Origin: a virus
Strand: one strand, 5' to 3'
DNA: 44,640 nucleotides
IMG/VR virus record: IMGVR_UViG_3300045988_093246
Location: 1-44,640 of that record
Both the position numbers and the translations under genes were made by a program. Positions 8,081-17,382 of the stretch are shown here, piece by piece (the first letter of the stretch is position 1; every line of letters starts with the position of its first letter). The notes below the pieces were generated by a model, which saw nothing but the letters and a program-made list of their open reading frames with translations, did no database searches and was not told the DNA's origin.

Positions 8081-8330
8081 AAATACTAACAGTTAACAGA
8101 TAATATAATTACTTAACAGTAAACAATACTAACATTAAATACTAAATACTAACATTAAATACTATAGGTATATAACATTTAAGTTAGTAGGTTAAATACT
8201 CTAAGTAAATAATAATACTCTAAGTAAATAATAAAGAATTACTAATAAAGAATTACAAAGAAAATATATATATATAAATATATATATACAAAAGAAAGTA
8301 AATAAGAAAGTAAGCGCACTTTTATACATT
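8081..8330. repeat. Iteron-rich AT-rich intergenic region with (TA)n tract; candidate origin
   Basis: Direct repeats atactaacattaaatact x2, atactctaagtaaataataa x2, taaagaattac x2, aaagtaaataagaaagtaag, plus atatatatatataaatatatatatac. It shares ggttaaatact with the 44.3 kb array. Confidence 0.6.
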
Positions 8331-8362
8331 GCCTGTTTGCGCGCTTTTCTTCTATTACTGCG

Positions 8363-8581
8363 CTACCATCTGCGCTGTCCGTTGTGTCCGCTTTTCTTGC
8401 TTCTGCGCATATCTGCACTAGCAATTCTATTTACATCATAATCAGTAACATCATGGTGTTTCTTGTTGTATTCCTTCTCTTTATGCACTTCTTCAAGTTC
8501 TGCTTTATACGTTGCGCAACTGTCATGACAGCCTAGAAAACGCTTTTTGCAGTCCTTACAGCATTTAATACCCATTGCCAT
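8363..8581 (-). CDS. Small Cys-rich (zinc-binding) protein, candidate regulator
   Basis: 72 aa, N-terminus CCKDCKKRFLGCHDSC. Preceded by a near-consensus promoter and a GGGGG SD, with three TGCGCA boxes upstream. Confidence 0.5.
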   Translation of the reverse strand: MAMGIKCCKDCKKRFLGCHDSCATYKAELEEVHKEKEYNKKHHDVTDYDVNRIASADMRRSKKSGHNGQRRW

Positions 8582-8607
8582 ATTTACACCCCCATTTCTT
8601 TAATTAA

Positions 8608-8735
8608 ATTATATCATAAATTAAATAAAATGCAATACAATAATTAAATTAAAATACATATAAAATAGCACTGCGCAACATATGCGCACATACTAAAACA
8701 GCATAAAATAAAAATTCGCATTGTCTGCGCACTGT
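8608..8735 (-). promoter_or_regulatory. Promoter (TTGCAT-16-TGaTATAAT) with three upstream TGCGCA boxes
   Basis: Minus-strand -10 at plus 8608-8613 and -35 at plus 8630-8635. TGCGCA at 8672-8677, 8683-8688 and 8726-8731. Confidence 0.55.
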
Positions 8736-8753
8736 TATAATTTTAATTTAATT

Positions 8754-9359
8754 TTAATGTTCCTGTTTTAATTTTTCTTTATCACCAACAAAATAAAACA
8801 TAGATATGGCGCTACTATCGCAAGCATCATTATCATACATATATCTTATACCGTTTCTTGTGAAAGTTCCTTTTACCTTTCTGCCTTTCACTGTTCTCAA
8901 TACGCTGTTTTCAAAACCCTGCTTGATACACCATTCAACGGTTGGGTACTTCTCTTTTGGAACGCCTAAGCTATTATCCTTTGGTTTGCTCGTACCGATT
9001 ACCTGTGATTTCCAGCATCTTGTATCTACGCTATATACAGGTATATCGTATTCGTCCATAATATCGATTATGACGGCGTTTAATGCACCCATTGACTTTA
9101 TATAGTCTATGTTTAAAAAGCCTTGAGAGTGAAGCCTTATGCGCTCTATAATGCATATTATACTATCTGCCTTGCATGTGATAGCTTTTAGCATATTGTC
9201 TAGATACGCTTTCAAAAGTCTCCTTCTATCGGTGTTGGTTCTGCACTGCTCCAGTTTGACATGAGTAACCTTCAATAGCTGCCCATCTGCTGAAATACTA
9301 ACACCACAATTCTTATACGATTGGTCTATACCTATGCTTAACTTATTATACTTTGCCAT
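8754..9359 (-). CDS. RuvC-like Holliday junction resolvase
   Basis: 201 aa. N-terminal LSIGIDQSYKNCGVSI (RuvC motif I-like, catalytic D), IIERI (Glu), and a DNDACDSSAI acidic motif near the C-terminus. Confidence 0.55.
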   Translation of the reverse strand: MAKYNKLSIGIDQSYKNCGVSISADGQLLKVTHVKLEQCRTNTDRRRLLKAYLDNMLKAITCKADSIICIIERIRLHSQGFLNIDYIKSMGALNAVIIDIMDEYDIPVYSVDTRCWKSQVIGTSKPKDNSLGVPKEKYPTVEWCIKQGFENSVLRTVKGRKVKGTFTRNGIRYMYDNDACDSSAISMFYFVGDKEKLKQEH

Positions 9360-9515
9360 TACTTTGCTCCTTTGCCATTGTTAAACTCCTTTATATTAAA
9401 ATAGCCCATATTTCCATTCTAAGAGACTTTATATATAAACATGATAACTAATACCCAATTTATATAAACACCCCTCATAATTGAAATATGGGCCAAATAA
9501 CAATACTTATATGAT

Positions 9516-9776
9516 TTATAACTGCTTATACCTCTTGTATATGTCCTCTTTGCCTAGATACTGCATATAGAAGTTATTTTTGTCTACCCTAGTGCATTTG
9601 TAGGTCCTGCTATTAGTCAACCAAAGACAGATTGAATTATGATTCCAATATTTAAACTCTTTCACTAAATAAGCTATATCGGGGTTGCACTCTTTCAAGT
9701 CATTGTAAATTGATATACCTATCTCATAGTGTTCTTGTAGCTCACCTATAAAGGTTTTATCATCATTCTTCCTCAT
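9516..9776 (-). CDS. Hypothetical protein
   Basis: ORF track 86 aa. Confidence 0.5.
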   Translation of the reverse strand: MRKNDDKTFIGELQEHYEIGISIYNDLKECNPDIAYLVKEFKYWNHNSICLWLTNSRTYKCTRVDKNNFYMQYLGKEDIYKRYKQL

Positions 9777-10638
9777 CTAGTCTAACCTTTCCGTTTCCAA
9801 TGTTCCAGCACGCTTCTCGCATAAAACAGTCCTTGCATCTCTTACATGTTGGTTCTTTTGCGTCTTGTGGTCTCTTAACCATCTTATGTTCGTTAAATAC
9901 GCGTTCATAATGGTAGATAATGCTATCTGCACGGCTTGCGAACGGTTCTATTAATGTAGGGTCATAATCATACACTTCTATTTTAAAATCCTGCGTGTTC
10001 TTATCATCACACAGAACAAAACCTTTTGTATAGTCTACCCCATTCCATGTTCCTTCTGCTTTTGCCTGCTTGATGCATAAATGCATATACCATTGACACT
10101 GTTTCCATGCGCTTGGATGCTTCGTCATCTTGCTATACTGAAATGTATTTACAGATTTAATTTCCCCTATCATCCTACCCTTGAAAAACTCGGGTATATA
10201 ACAATCTATATCGGGAGTATATGATAGCTTATAATCTTTATCAAATCTTGTATAGTCCATATCCTTAGCCTTGCCAAAACCGCCCCTAATAAAAAGGCGT
10301 TGCCACTTCTCATGTATAGCGTTTCCTTCTTCAAATATGCGCATCAAGCCAACGCTTGTTTGACTGCCCTGTAGCTGCTTATAAATAAGGCTTAGAACTT
10401 GAGCACGTAAACAAAAGTCCTTTTCACCCTTTAGCATTGCGCTGGCGTGTAAACCTGTTCGTTCTTGGGTTTCTAAACCTCTAGTCATAACCTGCTTCAC
10501 AAACTTGGTTTCCTCTTCTATGTCCTTATCTAAAAAGAATAATCTATTTAAGATTGTTTCTAGCTCTCGCGCTTCTGTACTCTGTATTTTGGTTCCATTC
10601 CCTTGCGCTTCTTTCTTGATATTACTAATCAATCCCAT
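9763..10638 (-). CDS. Cas4-like / RecB-family PD-(D/E)XK exonuclease with Fe-S cysteine cluster
   Basis: 291 aa. PDIDCYIPEF...GEIKSV (D...E.K core), QWYMHLC (QxxxY-like) and a C-terminal CKRCKDCFMREAC cluster plus an N-terminal Cys. Typical partner of a Sak4/RecA-like recombinase. Confidence 0.6.
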   Translation of the reverse strand: MGLISNIKKEAQGNGTKIQSTEARELETILNRLFFLDKDIEEETKFVKQVMTRGLETQERTGLHASAMLKGEKDFCLRAQVLSLIYKQLQGSQTSVGLMRIFEEGNAIHEKWQRLFIRGGFGKAKDMDYTRFDKDYKLSYTPDIDCYIPEFFKGRMIGEIKSVNTFQYSKMTKHPSAWKQCQWYMHLCIKQAKAEGTWNGVDYTKGFVLCDDKNTQDFKIEVYDYDPTLIEPFASRADSIIYHYERVFNEHKMVKRPQDAKEPTCKRCKDCFMREACWNIGNGKVRLDEEE

Positions 10639-10659
10639 TTCTTTATTTCTCCTTTCTAT

Positions 10660-10731
10660 CTATCCAATTATCATTAAAATAATCACAAACCATACAATCA
10701 ATAAAATCAAAAACGATTGTATATTTAACAT
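10660..10731 (-). CDS. Small hydrophobic peptide (23 aa) MLNIQSFLILLIVWFVIILMIIG
   Basis: Hand-translated. A GAGGTG SD lies 8 nt upstream of the ATG. Single predicted TM helix. Confidence 0.4.
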   Translation of the reverse strand: MLNIQSFLILLIVWFVIILMIIG

Positions 10732-10774
10732 AATTTATTCACCTCTTTTTATTTTCTGTATGCATTCCATCATA

Positions 10775-10867
10775 TCACATAAGCATAGATAACAAATAAT
10801 AATTACACACAAAAAGACAAATTAAAAACGGAAAATACAGATATAATAATATAAGCATTTTAAACAT
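10775..10867 (-). CDS. Small hydrophobic peptide (30 aa) MFKMLILLYLYFPFLICLFVCNYYLLSMLM
   Basis: Hand-translated. An AGGAGA SD lies 7 nt upstream of the ATG. Confidence 0.4.
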   Translation of the reverse strand: MFKMLILLYLYFPFLICLFVCNYYLLSMLM

Positions 10868-10938
10868 TTATATATCTCCTTTTTAATTTAAATATAATAA
10901 CAGCCCTACTACTTTAATTAGTAGCAAGGCTTTATTTA

Positions 10939-11034
10939 TCAAGGTCTAAACCTTTCAATGAATAGGCACAATAGAATAAATACTATCATACCTACAGTAA
11001 TCACATTACCTATTAAGTCAATTTCTTCACTCAT
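10939..11034 (-). CDS. Small hydrophobic peptide (31 aa) MSEEIDLIGNVITVGMIVFILLCLFIERFRP
   Basis: Hand-translated. An AGGAGA SD lies upstream, embedded in the conserved ttttattctcctttt element. Confidence 0.4.
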   Translation of the reverse strand: MSEEIDLIGNVITVGMIVFILLCLFIERFRP

Positions 11035-11146
11035 TTTTTATTCTCCTTTTAATTTAATTTGTTTTTACTTCTTCTTTCTGATTTAATGCTACCACATTTC
11101 TAATACTTTGTAAAGCATTTTTTTTAATTTATTTTTAATTTTATTT

Positions 11147-11383
11147 TTAAAACTCTATATATATAAAAAAGAAGGGAAAATTTAAACCCCTTCTATTTAT
11201 TCTTTCTATGCTTTCTTTTTCTTCTGCGCTTCTTATTCTTTTTTTCTTTTCAGGCTCTAACATTTTAGCGCGTGATTTTATAATTTCAACTATCAATTCT
11301 TCTTTGTTATAAAACGATGCGTTATCAATATTAAAAATACCCTCTGCAATAGTTCTTAATTCTGATAAATCTTTCTTTTGCAT
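11147..11383 (-). CDS. Small protein with Rho_N/HeH-like motif
   Basis: 78 aa. KDLSELRTIAEGIFNIDNASFYNKEELIVEIIK matches the Rho termination factor N-terminal (HeH) pattern. Confidence 0.45.
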   Translation of the reverse strand: MQKKDLSELRTIAEGIFNIDNASFYNKEELIVEIIKSRAKMLEPEKKKRIRSAEEKESIERINRRGLNFPFFFIYIEF

Positions 11384-11391
11384 TCTTTCTA

Positions 11392-11655
11392 TTATCCATT
11401 TTTATTTTCCTTTTCTTTTCCTGCATCTGTTGTATAGATTTTAATTTTACCAAAATTATCGACTAGCTTATAAACTAGTGCATTTAACAATTTATCTTCT
11501 AGCACATCCAATAAATCGATAACAGCTTTCGCTTCTTTTGTCTCAATAACAACAACGCCATCATATACAACATCAATGATTTCATCTAAACCGCACATCA
11601 TTAAAATATCATATAATGTAATTTTCTTATTTTTCTTAATTTTCTTATTTTCCAT
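11392..11655 (-). CDS. Hypothetical protein
   Basis: ORF track 87 aa. Confidence 0.5.
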   Translation of the reverse strand: MENKKIKKNKKITLYDILMMCGLDEIIDVVYDGVVVIETKEAKAVIDLLDVLEDKLLNALVYKLVDNFGKIKIYTTDAGKEKENKNG

Positions 11656-11656
11656 T

Positions 11657-11830
11657 TTATTTTCTCCCGTTGCTTTCTATTTTCTCAATCTCTTTGCTTG
11701 CACTTGACATTGTGCATATGTTAGCAATTAGCAGAATTATTCCAATAGGCGGAATAAATACACAAATAATCAACGATACAATAACGCCTATTATTGATAC
11801 TATCTGAACTAAACTCCAAAAACCTTTCAT
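11657..11830 (-). CDS. Small membrane protein (57 aa) MKGFWSLVQIVSIIGVIVSLIICVFIPPIGIILLIANIC...
   Basis: Hand-translated. An AGGAGA SD lies upstream. It abuts the start of 11392-11655. The ORF-track entry 11721-11927 is the antisense or overlapping alternative and is less likely. Confidence 0.45.
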   Translation of the reverse strand: MKGFWSLVQIVSIIGVIVSLIICVFIPPIGIILLIANICTMSSASKEIEKIESNGRK

Positions 11831-11874
11831 TTTTTTTATTCTCCTTTTGATTTAATTTGTTTTTAATTTTAACC

Positions 11875-12828
11875 TTATTCGCTTTCTTCTTCATCATCCG
11901 CAAACTCTTTTGGTACTCTCTTGCCAAACTGTTGCGCTCTCTGCTTCATAATTTCTTTACGTATCTGCGGTACTTCATCAAAGCTAACAAATCCTCTGTC
12001 AAAAATTAAAGGTATTTCACATTCACCCATTGGATTACTTACTTTTGATTTTACAACCTTACATTTCATAATCAAGCCTATCTTTTCAGTCTTCGCGCTG
12101 TTTCTTGGGTCTTTGTTTGGTATCTCAATCCATGCACGCCTTGCTACCTGTATCCTTAAACTACATGCGTGTTTTAATTTTCGACCGCCTGGCGTGTCTG
12201 TCTTCTCCCCAAACAGCATAGCGTTCATCTTGTCTCTTACTTGGTTTATAAATATAACTGTTGTACCTGTTACCTCTATAATTTCTTCCACGGTTGGCAG
12301 ATACTTATTTAACAAGCGGGCTGTTCCACCTATGCGCTGTTCCTCTATGCTGTCCTTTTCTGCTGACTTTAAAACCTTTTCAGCGTCCTCTTTTGGCGTC
12401 ATACTTGGCACGCTGTCAATACCTATAAGCGGCATACCAGCCTTTGCAAACCTGATTGTTTTGTTTAACGCGTCCTCTCCGTACTTTGCTCTATATATTA
12501 ACATCTGTTTTGGTTTGTTGCCAAAAACTTTTGCTCTTTCTGCGTCAAAAGTTCCTTCAATTGGAATATCTAAACATAATTCATGTAAACCGCATAAATG
12601 ATATAGCAGTGTTGTCTTACCGCTTGATTCTGCCCCAAATATTTCTACTATTCTACCTTCGGGCATTCCACCGCCTATAATAGCGTCTAAATCTTCAATA
12701 CCTGTTGACCATCTATTTATTTTTAAATTCGCATTTTTTGAACCTATCGAATAAATAGAACCTTCACCCTCTTTCTTGTTGATACTATTACATAACGTTA
12801 TAATCGCTTTTTTATTTGTTTTTGCCAT
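11875..12828 (-). CDS. RecA-family recombinase (Sak4/UvsX-like)
   Basis: 317 aa. TGIEDLDAIIGGGMPEGRIVEIFGAESSGKTTLL is the classic RecA/RadA N-terminal core with a Walker A motif. Confidence 0.7.
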   Translation of the reverse strand: MAKTNKKAIITLCNSINKKEGEGSIYSIGSKNANLKINRWSTGIEDLDAIIGGGMPEGRIVEIFGAESSGKTTLLYHLCGLHELCLDIPIEGTFDAERAKVFGNKPKQMLIYRAKYGEDALNKTIRFAKAGMPLIGIDSVPSMTPKEDAEKVLKSAEKDSIEEQRIGGTARLLNKYLPTVEEIIEVTGTTVIFINQVRDKMNAMLFGEKTDTPGGRKLKHACSLRIQVARRAWIEIPNKDPRNSAKTEKIGLIMKCKVVKSKVSNPMGECEIPLIFDRGFVSFDEVPQIRKEIMKQRAQQFGKRVPKEFADDEEESE

Positions 12829-12845
12829 TGTAGTATCTCCTCTCT

Positions 12846-13364
12846 TTATCTATAAATCTCTTCAAATACAATTTGTTTGGGTAGCATTTTATGACATATA
12901 TATATACTGCTAAAAGGCGGGTTTAAACTTGGTTTTTGGTCTTCATAATTCTTGAAATAAGATACCCTTTTATTTAAATACATACATTCAAATTCATTGT
13001 TTTTAAACATCTCAAACCTTCTCTGACTTTCAAAAAGCCCGACAACACCAACCAGCATTGCAAACGGTATATTTAATTTAAACAATCTTTGTAGCACTTC
13101 TGTTTTTACGCTATATGGCGGGTTTGAAATAATATAATCACATTCGGGCGGTTTCATCTTAAAGAAGTCTTTACCTTCACTTATATGTGAATAAATAACC
13201 CAATGTCCTGCGTTTTCAAACTCCTTGACGTATAAGCTATCCTTAGTATCAAACGGGCACCAAATAACAGAATTAGGCTCTATATACTTAAGAATAGGCT
13301 TGATAGCATATGATGGGGTATAGAACTCATCATTCTTACTTTTCGCAACTTGTGCAACTATCAT
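12846..13364 (-). CDS. DNA N6-adenine methyltransferase, phage Dam-like (small)
   Basis: 172 aa. DYIISNPPY (motif IV NPPY) and an EFYTP... N-terminal region; the size is consistent with the phage Dam (pfam05869-like) family. Confidence 0.65.
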   Translation of the reverse strand: MIVAQVAKSKNDEFYTPSYAIKPILKYIEPNSVIWCPFDTKDSLYVKEFENAGHWVIYSHISEGKDFFKMKPPECDYIISNPPYSVKTEVLQRLFKLNIPFAMLVGVVGLFESQRRFEMFKNNEFECMYLNKRVSYFKNYEDQKPSLNPPFSSIYICHKMLPKQIVFEEIYR

Positions 13365-13440
13365 TATTTAACAATCTCCTTTAACTTTATTTTAAAAGGG
13401 GCGGAAATTAACCACCCCTATTTAATTTTAATTTAACTAT

Positions 13441-13737
13441 TTAATTTTCCATATTGTGACGCTTTTCTAACATTAACATAGATGTTATACCATACAATTC
13501 TAATTCACTATCGCCCTTATGGGTATCTGCATAGCAAGCAAAGATGGCTAATTTATCATCATTGTTCAGCTCACCGCTTTCGATTAACTCGCTTACTTCT
13601 TCGGGCTTAGCGTCCTTTGTCATATTGTAAACATAATCTGCAAAACCTTTGCTGGCGTTGTCTGCCATTTCTTGGGCTACTTTGCATTTTAGTTCATAGC
13701 CCTTCTTGTTTTCAACAAAATCTTTTAACTTGCTCAT
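13441..13737 (-). CDS. Hypothetical acidic protein
   Basis: ORF track 98 aa. Confidence 0.5.
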   Translation of the reverse strand: MSKLKDFVENKKGYELKCKVAQEMADNASKGFADYVYNMTKDAKPEEVSELIESGELNNDDKLAIFACYADTHKGDSELELYGITSMLMLEKRHNMEN

Positions 13738-13859
13738 TTTACATTCTCTTTTATTTTAATTATTTTTTTATCTCCTTTTCTAAGTATTTGTAAGTTTGTT
13801 TGTTTATCTACATATCTCCCTTACAAGTATGATTATATCACTTTTTAGGTGTTTGTCAA
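13738..13859 (-). promoter_or_regulatory. Promoter plus conserved hairpin leader, copy C
   Basis: Minus-strand consensus promoter TTGACA (plus 13854-13859), 16-nt spacer, extended TGaTATAAT (plus 13832-13837). Leader homologous to copies A and B (cttacaagtat..gtaag..., TTAGAAAAGGAG). Confidence 0.6.
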
Positions 13860-13888
13860 TATGCTTTTAAAAGTTTTTAAATTATATA

Positions 13889-16600
13889 TTAATCTCTTAG
13901 CGCACGCGCATATAAAGAACTGTTATACTTAACTACCCTTTTAATATATGTCTTCTTGTCAAACTCAAGCGCTCCCTGCTCCTTTAATATGCCAATTACT
14001 CTAGTAGTAACAACTCTACTTTTACATCTATCGTAGAAATTATCATAGCTTGTAAATATTCCATGCGCTTTTCTTTCTGCTTCAATTTCAAGTGACGCCT
14101 TTTCTCCTACACCTTTAAGAGAACTTAGCCCCTCTTGAATAACTCTTTCTCCGTCCACTTTTCTAATTGTAAAATCGGCTGAATAGTTAACGTGTGGCAA
14201 AAACAGAAGCGCTCCGTCTCTTACTGCCTTTTCTTTAAACTTGGCTATTTTACCATCATCTTTTGTATACTTCATTTTAACATACCAAAATTCTAAAGGA
14301 TAGTAAACTTTATAATACATCTCTTCTAGAGATATAAGGCTATATCCTGTCGCATGACCTTTATTAAAAGCATAATTGAAAAACTTATCAAAAATATCTC
14401 TTGCCTGTAAACGGCTCATACCGTGCTCTTGAGCGCCTTTCTCAAACTTTTTAAGATAGTTATCATAATTTTCATTAAACGCCTGTATAGCCTTTTCTGT
14501 TCCGCCCCTCTGCATTTTAATAATCTTGTCTGCTTCTGTCCACTCTAAACCACCGATATTTACAGCTATAGCCTGTACCTGCTCTTGGTATAGCACACAT
14601 CCATATGTCTTTTCTAAATATTTCGCATACGGTAGCGTACTATCTATATTACTTCTATCATGTTTATTTAAAGCGTAAACATCTTGCATTTTCAAAGAAA
14701 GCGGACCTGGTCGGTTTAATGAGTTACACGCTACAATATCGTCAAAGCTGTCTACGTTTATTTGTTGTAAAATGTTATGAGCAGTTCTCTTTTCAAACTG
14801 AAACACCCCGTCGCAATCCCCACGGCTAAATGCTTCAAGTACCTTTTTATCTTTCGCTATATTTTCATCAAAACCTTCATGGCCTGTTAGCTCTCTCAAT
14901 TCCCCTAAGCTTGACATTGTTGTAAGCCCTAGAATATCAAATTTAATTACATTGATTTTTTCCATATCGTTTAAATCGTAGTTTGTAAAATACTTTCCCG
15001 TCTTGCTGTCAATTCTAATTGCGGTATACTGTAATATATTGTTACCTGTAATCGCTACACCAGCCGCATGTGTTCCAATAAAACGGACTTTATTATACAG
15101 CTTACTGAAATGTTTTATAACATTATCATACTCCGCATTCCATAATTCTGCTTCTTTGGAATTGACTATCGCATCCATATTGATATTACCATCTAAAATA
15201 TGCTTATTTATAAATGCTTTAATTTGTTTTAATTCTTCTTTATTTTCTGCTAAATTACCGCAAACTTTAGATAAATCATTCAATAGATTATCAACCCTAT
15301 ATAAACCATATGAACAAATTTGTGATGCATGATGCGAGTATCTTTTTACAAGGTAGTCTATTACCTCATGTCTTCGTGATGTTTCAAAATCTAAATCAAT
15401 ATCGGGCATTTTCTTTTTATCAATTCTTAAGAACCTTCTAAAATCTAAATCGAATAAAACGGGGTCTACGTCTGTAATATGCAATGCATAGTTTACTAAA
15501 CAGTTGCAACCACTGCCACGCCCCGGACCTACTTTTATACCTACCTTCTTCGCATAGTTTGTATAATCCTGCACCATCAAGAAATAATTTTCAAAACCAT
15601 GATACTTAATTACCTCTAGCTCTTCTTTAATTCTATCAATATATGTTTTTGTCCATTTTCCGCGCTCTTTCAAACCTTCTTTAATTTCTTTTTTTAACAG
15701 TTTCATAGAATCATAATTTTCATCAAACTGCGGTAGTTTCTGCTCTAGCGTGTCCAAAATATCATCACTTACTTTATTTTCTATTTCTTCTAGATTTTTA
15801 ACCATTTCTTTCGCAAGTGCTTTTGTTTCTTTCTCGCCAAAATCTTTTGCGTGCATTTTATAAAAGCGTCTCATTATTTCCTTTTCGGTTGGCATATAAC
15901 GTTCTTTATAAGTTGCTTCTACATCCATAAAATCATGCTTCGCTATCTCATGCATTTTCATATAGGTATCAAAATCCTCTTTACGTCCTCTATGGCTATC
16001 TGACGTCAAAATTAACTTGATACCTAACTTCTTCGCAAGCATGATTGATTGTACATTTACTTTTTCTTGTACGCCCTCGTCTGTAATCTTATAAGGCTGT
16101 ACCTCGATATAAAAATCATCGCCAAAAATACTAACCATTTTTTTTAGATATTTTTCAGCCTGTTTCAAATTATCATTAACGATGCATTGTGCTAAATATC
16201 CAGCAACACAAGCACTAGTACATATCAAACCATTATGATACTTTTCTAATAATTTAAATGTCCAGATAGGGTTATAATATTTAATTTTCTCACCCTCAAA
16301 TTGAATTGTATTTAAATTAGTATATCCTTCTTGGTTCTTCGCAAACAAACATAAATGATAACCCCTTGTTTGTGGTTTATAGACAGGTAAAAAATATCCC
16401 TCGCAACCCATAACGGGTTTTATCCCATTTTCTTTACAAGCATAATAATGCTTTACTAATCCGTTAGTGTTACCGTGGTTTGAAATACCTAAAGAAGTAT
16501 AGCCTAACTCTTTTGCTAACTCCGCTAATTCTTCAGGCTTTCCAAAACCGTCAAAAGTGGAATACTCATCATGTCTATGTAAATCAATCATGTTTAGCAC
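13889..16600 (-). CDS. dnaE: DNA polymerase III alpha subunit (DnaE/PolC-type, PHP domain), compact 903 aa
   Basis: N-terminal PHP motifs MIDLHRHDEYSTFDG, ISNHGNTNG and GCEGY, followed by a long polymerase core. It is shorter than cellular DnaE (lacks C-terminal domains). Confidence 0.8.
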   Translation of the reverse strand: MLNMIDLHRHDEYSTFDGFGKPEELAELAKELGYTSLGISNHGNTNGLVKHYYACKENGIKPVMGCEGYFLPVYKPQTRGYHLCLFAKNQEGYTNLNTIQFEGEKIKYYNPIWTFKLLEKYHNGLICTSACVAGYLAQCIVNDNLKQAEKYLKKMVSIFGDDFYIEVQPYKITDEGVQEKVNVQSIMLAKKLGIKLILTSDSHRGRKEDFDTYMKMHEIAKHDFMDVEATYKERYMPTEKEIMRRFYKMHAKDFGEKETKALAKEMVKNLEEIENKVSDDILDTLEQKLPQFDENYDSMKLLKKEIKEGLKERGKWTKTYIDRIKEELEVIKYHGFENYFLMVQDYTNYAKKVGIKVGPGRGSGCNCLVNYALHITDVDPVLFDLDFRRFLRIDKKKMPDIDLDFETSRRHEVIDYLVKRYSHHASQICSYGLYRVDNLLNDLSKVCGNLAENKEELKQIKAFINKHILDGNINMDAIVNSKEAELWNAEYDNVIKHFSKLYNKVRFIGTHAAGVAITGNNILQYTAIRIDSKTGKYFTNYDLNDMEKINVIKFDILGLTTMSSLGELRELTGHEGFDENIAKDKKVLEAFSRGDCDGVFQFEKRTAHNILQQINVDSFDDIVACNSLNRPGPLSLKMQDVYALNKHDRSNIDSTLPYAKYLEKTYGCVLYQEQVQAIAVNIGGLEWTEADKIIKMQRGGTEKAIQAFNENYDNYLKKFEKGAQEHGMSRLQARDIFDKFFNYAFNKGHATGYSLISLEEMYYKVYYPLEFWYVKMKYTKDDGKIAKFKEKAVRDGALLFLPHVNYSADFTIRKVDGERVIQEGLSSLKGVGEKASLEIEAERKAHGIFTSYDNFYDRCKSRVVTTRVIGILKEQGALEFDKKTYIKRVVKYNSSLYARALRD

Positions 16601-16892
16601 CTTCTTTTTCTGATAATTCTATATACTTGTTTAAATACCATTGCGCTTTCTTAATATCCTCTAACCCGTTCTTATTTGCATGACGGTATAAATATTTAAA
16701 AGCATTACAAATACAAAAGCTTTTAACCGCTTCTATTCCTTGTGTTTCTTGCATCACTTCTATACATTCAAATTTTCCTGTATCATAATGACAAGGATGG
16801 TTCACATAGTCCATATAAAAATACCTCTTTTTCTTCCTTTTCTTTTGTCTGTCTCTATCATATACAATTATAGGGGGTTTTTCAACCCCCAT
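16584..16892 (-). CDS. DUF3310-family protein
   Basis: 102 aa. NHPCHYDTGKFECIEVMQ...CICNAFKYLYRHANKNG...EDIKKAQWYLNKYIE matches the DUF3310 pattern common in phage nucleotide-metabolism neighbourhoods. Confidence 0.6.
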   Translation of the reverse strand: MGVEKPPIIVYDRDRQKKRKKKRYFYMDYVNHPCHYDTGKFECIEVMQETQGIEAVKSFCICNAFKYLYRHANKNGLEDIKKAQWYLNKYIELSEKEGAKHD

Positions 16893-16896
16893 TTAA

Positions 16897-17382
16897 TTAT
16901 TGCTTATTTAATTTAGTTATGCGCCCTTTTACAATCTTAATTTTATTTTCAATTGCTTGTGATAATTCTTTAGCGCTGAAATTAGAAAACATAGCAATAT
17001 TTAATAATTCTATAAAGCAGTCTGCTAATTCTTCAAGTTTAGCGTCTTTATCAAATTTATCATTGCGGTAGTTTTTCCATCTTTTATCGCATTCCAGCAC
17101 CTCGCCAATCTCTGACATTAATTGCTGTATATGATAACTTGATAAGCTGACATCATCGCACGGCACCTCTTTTGTAGTGTCCTGTTTAAAATTATCATAT
17201 GCACCTTTAATAAATAGCAACCTTTGATTTAATAACTGCGCATTATATAATTTTTCTAAAGTAGTATCTTTTGCGCATTGACAAATACACTTATTTTTAT
17301 TTTCTTTACTCGTCTTCTTCTTCCCATTCATCTTCGCTGTCTTCGTCTTCTTCTTCGCCCCAATCTTCCTGGGCATTGTCAT
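16897..17382 (-). CDS. MazG-like nucleotide pyrophosphohydrolase
   Basis: 161 aa. SEIGEVLECDKRW...DKDAKLEELADCFIELLNIAMF matches the MazG/all-alpha NTP-PPase EExxE...ELAD pattern. The 5' end overlaps the SSB gene, so the true start may be the internal Met at 17331. Confidence 0.6.
   Translation of the reverse strand: MTMPRKIGAKKKTKTAKMNGKKKTSKENKNKCICQCAKDTTLEKLYNAQLLNQRLLFIKGAYDNFKQDTTKEVPCDDVSLSSYHIQQLMSEIGEVLECDKRWKNYRNDKFDKDAKLEELADCFIELLNIAMFSNFSAKELSQAIENKIKIVKGRITKLNKQ

Noticed and set aside
13899-13915. TGCGCA-like GC-rich palindromic stretch agcgcacgcgca
   Set aside because: It lies inside the 3' end of the DnaE coding sequence (encodes ...YARALRD) and does not contain the exact TGCGCA hexamer; treated as coincidental.
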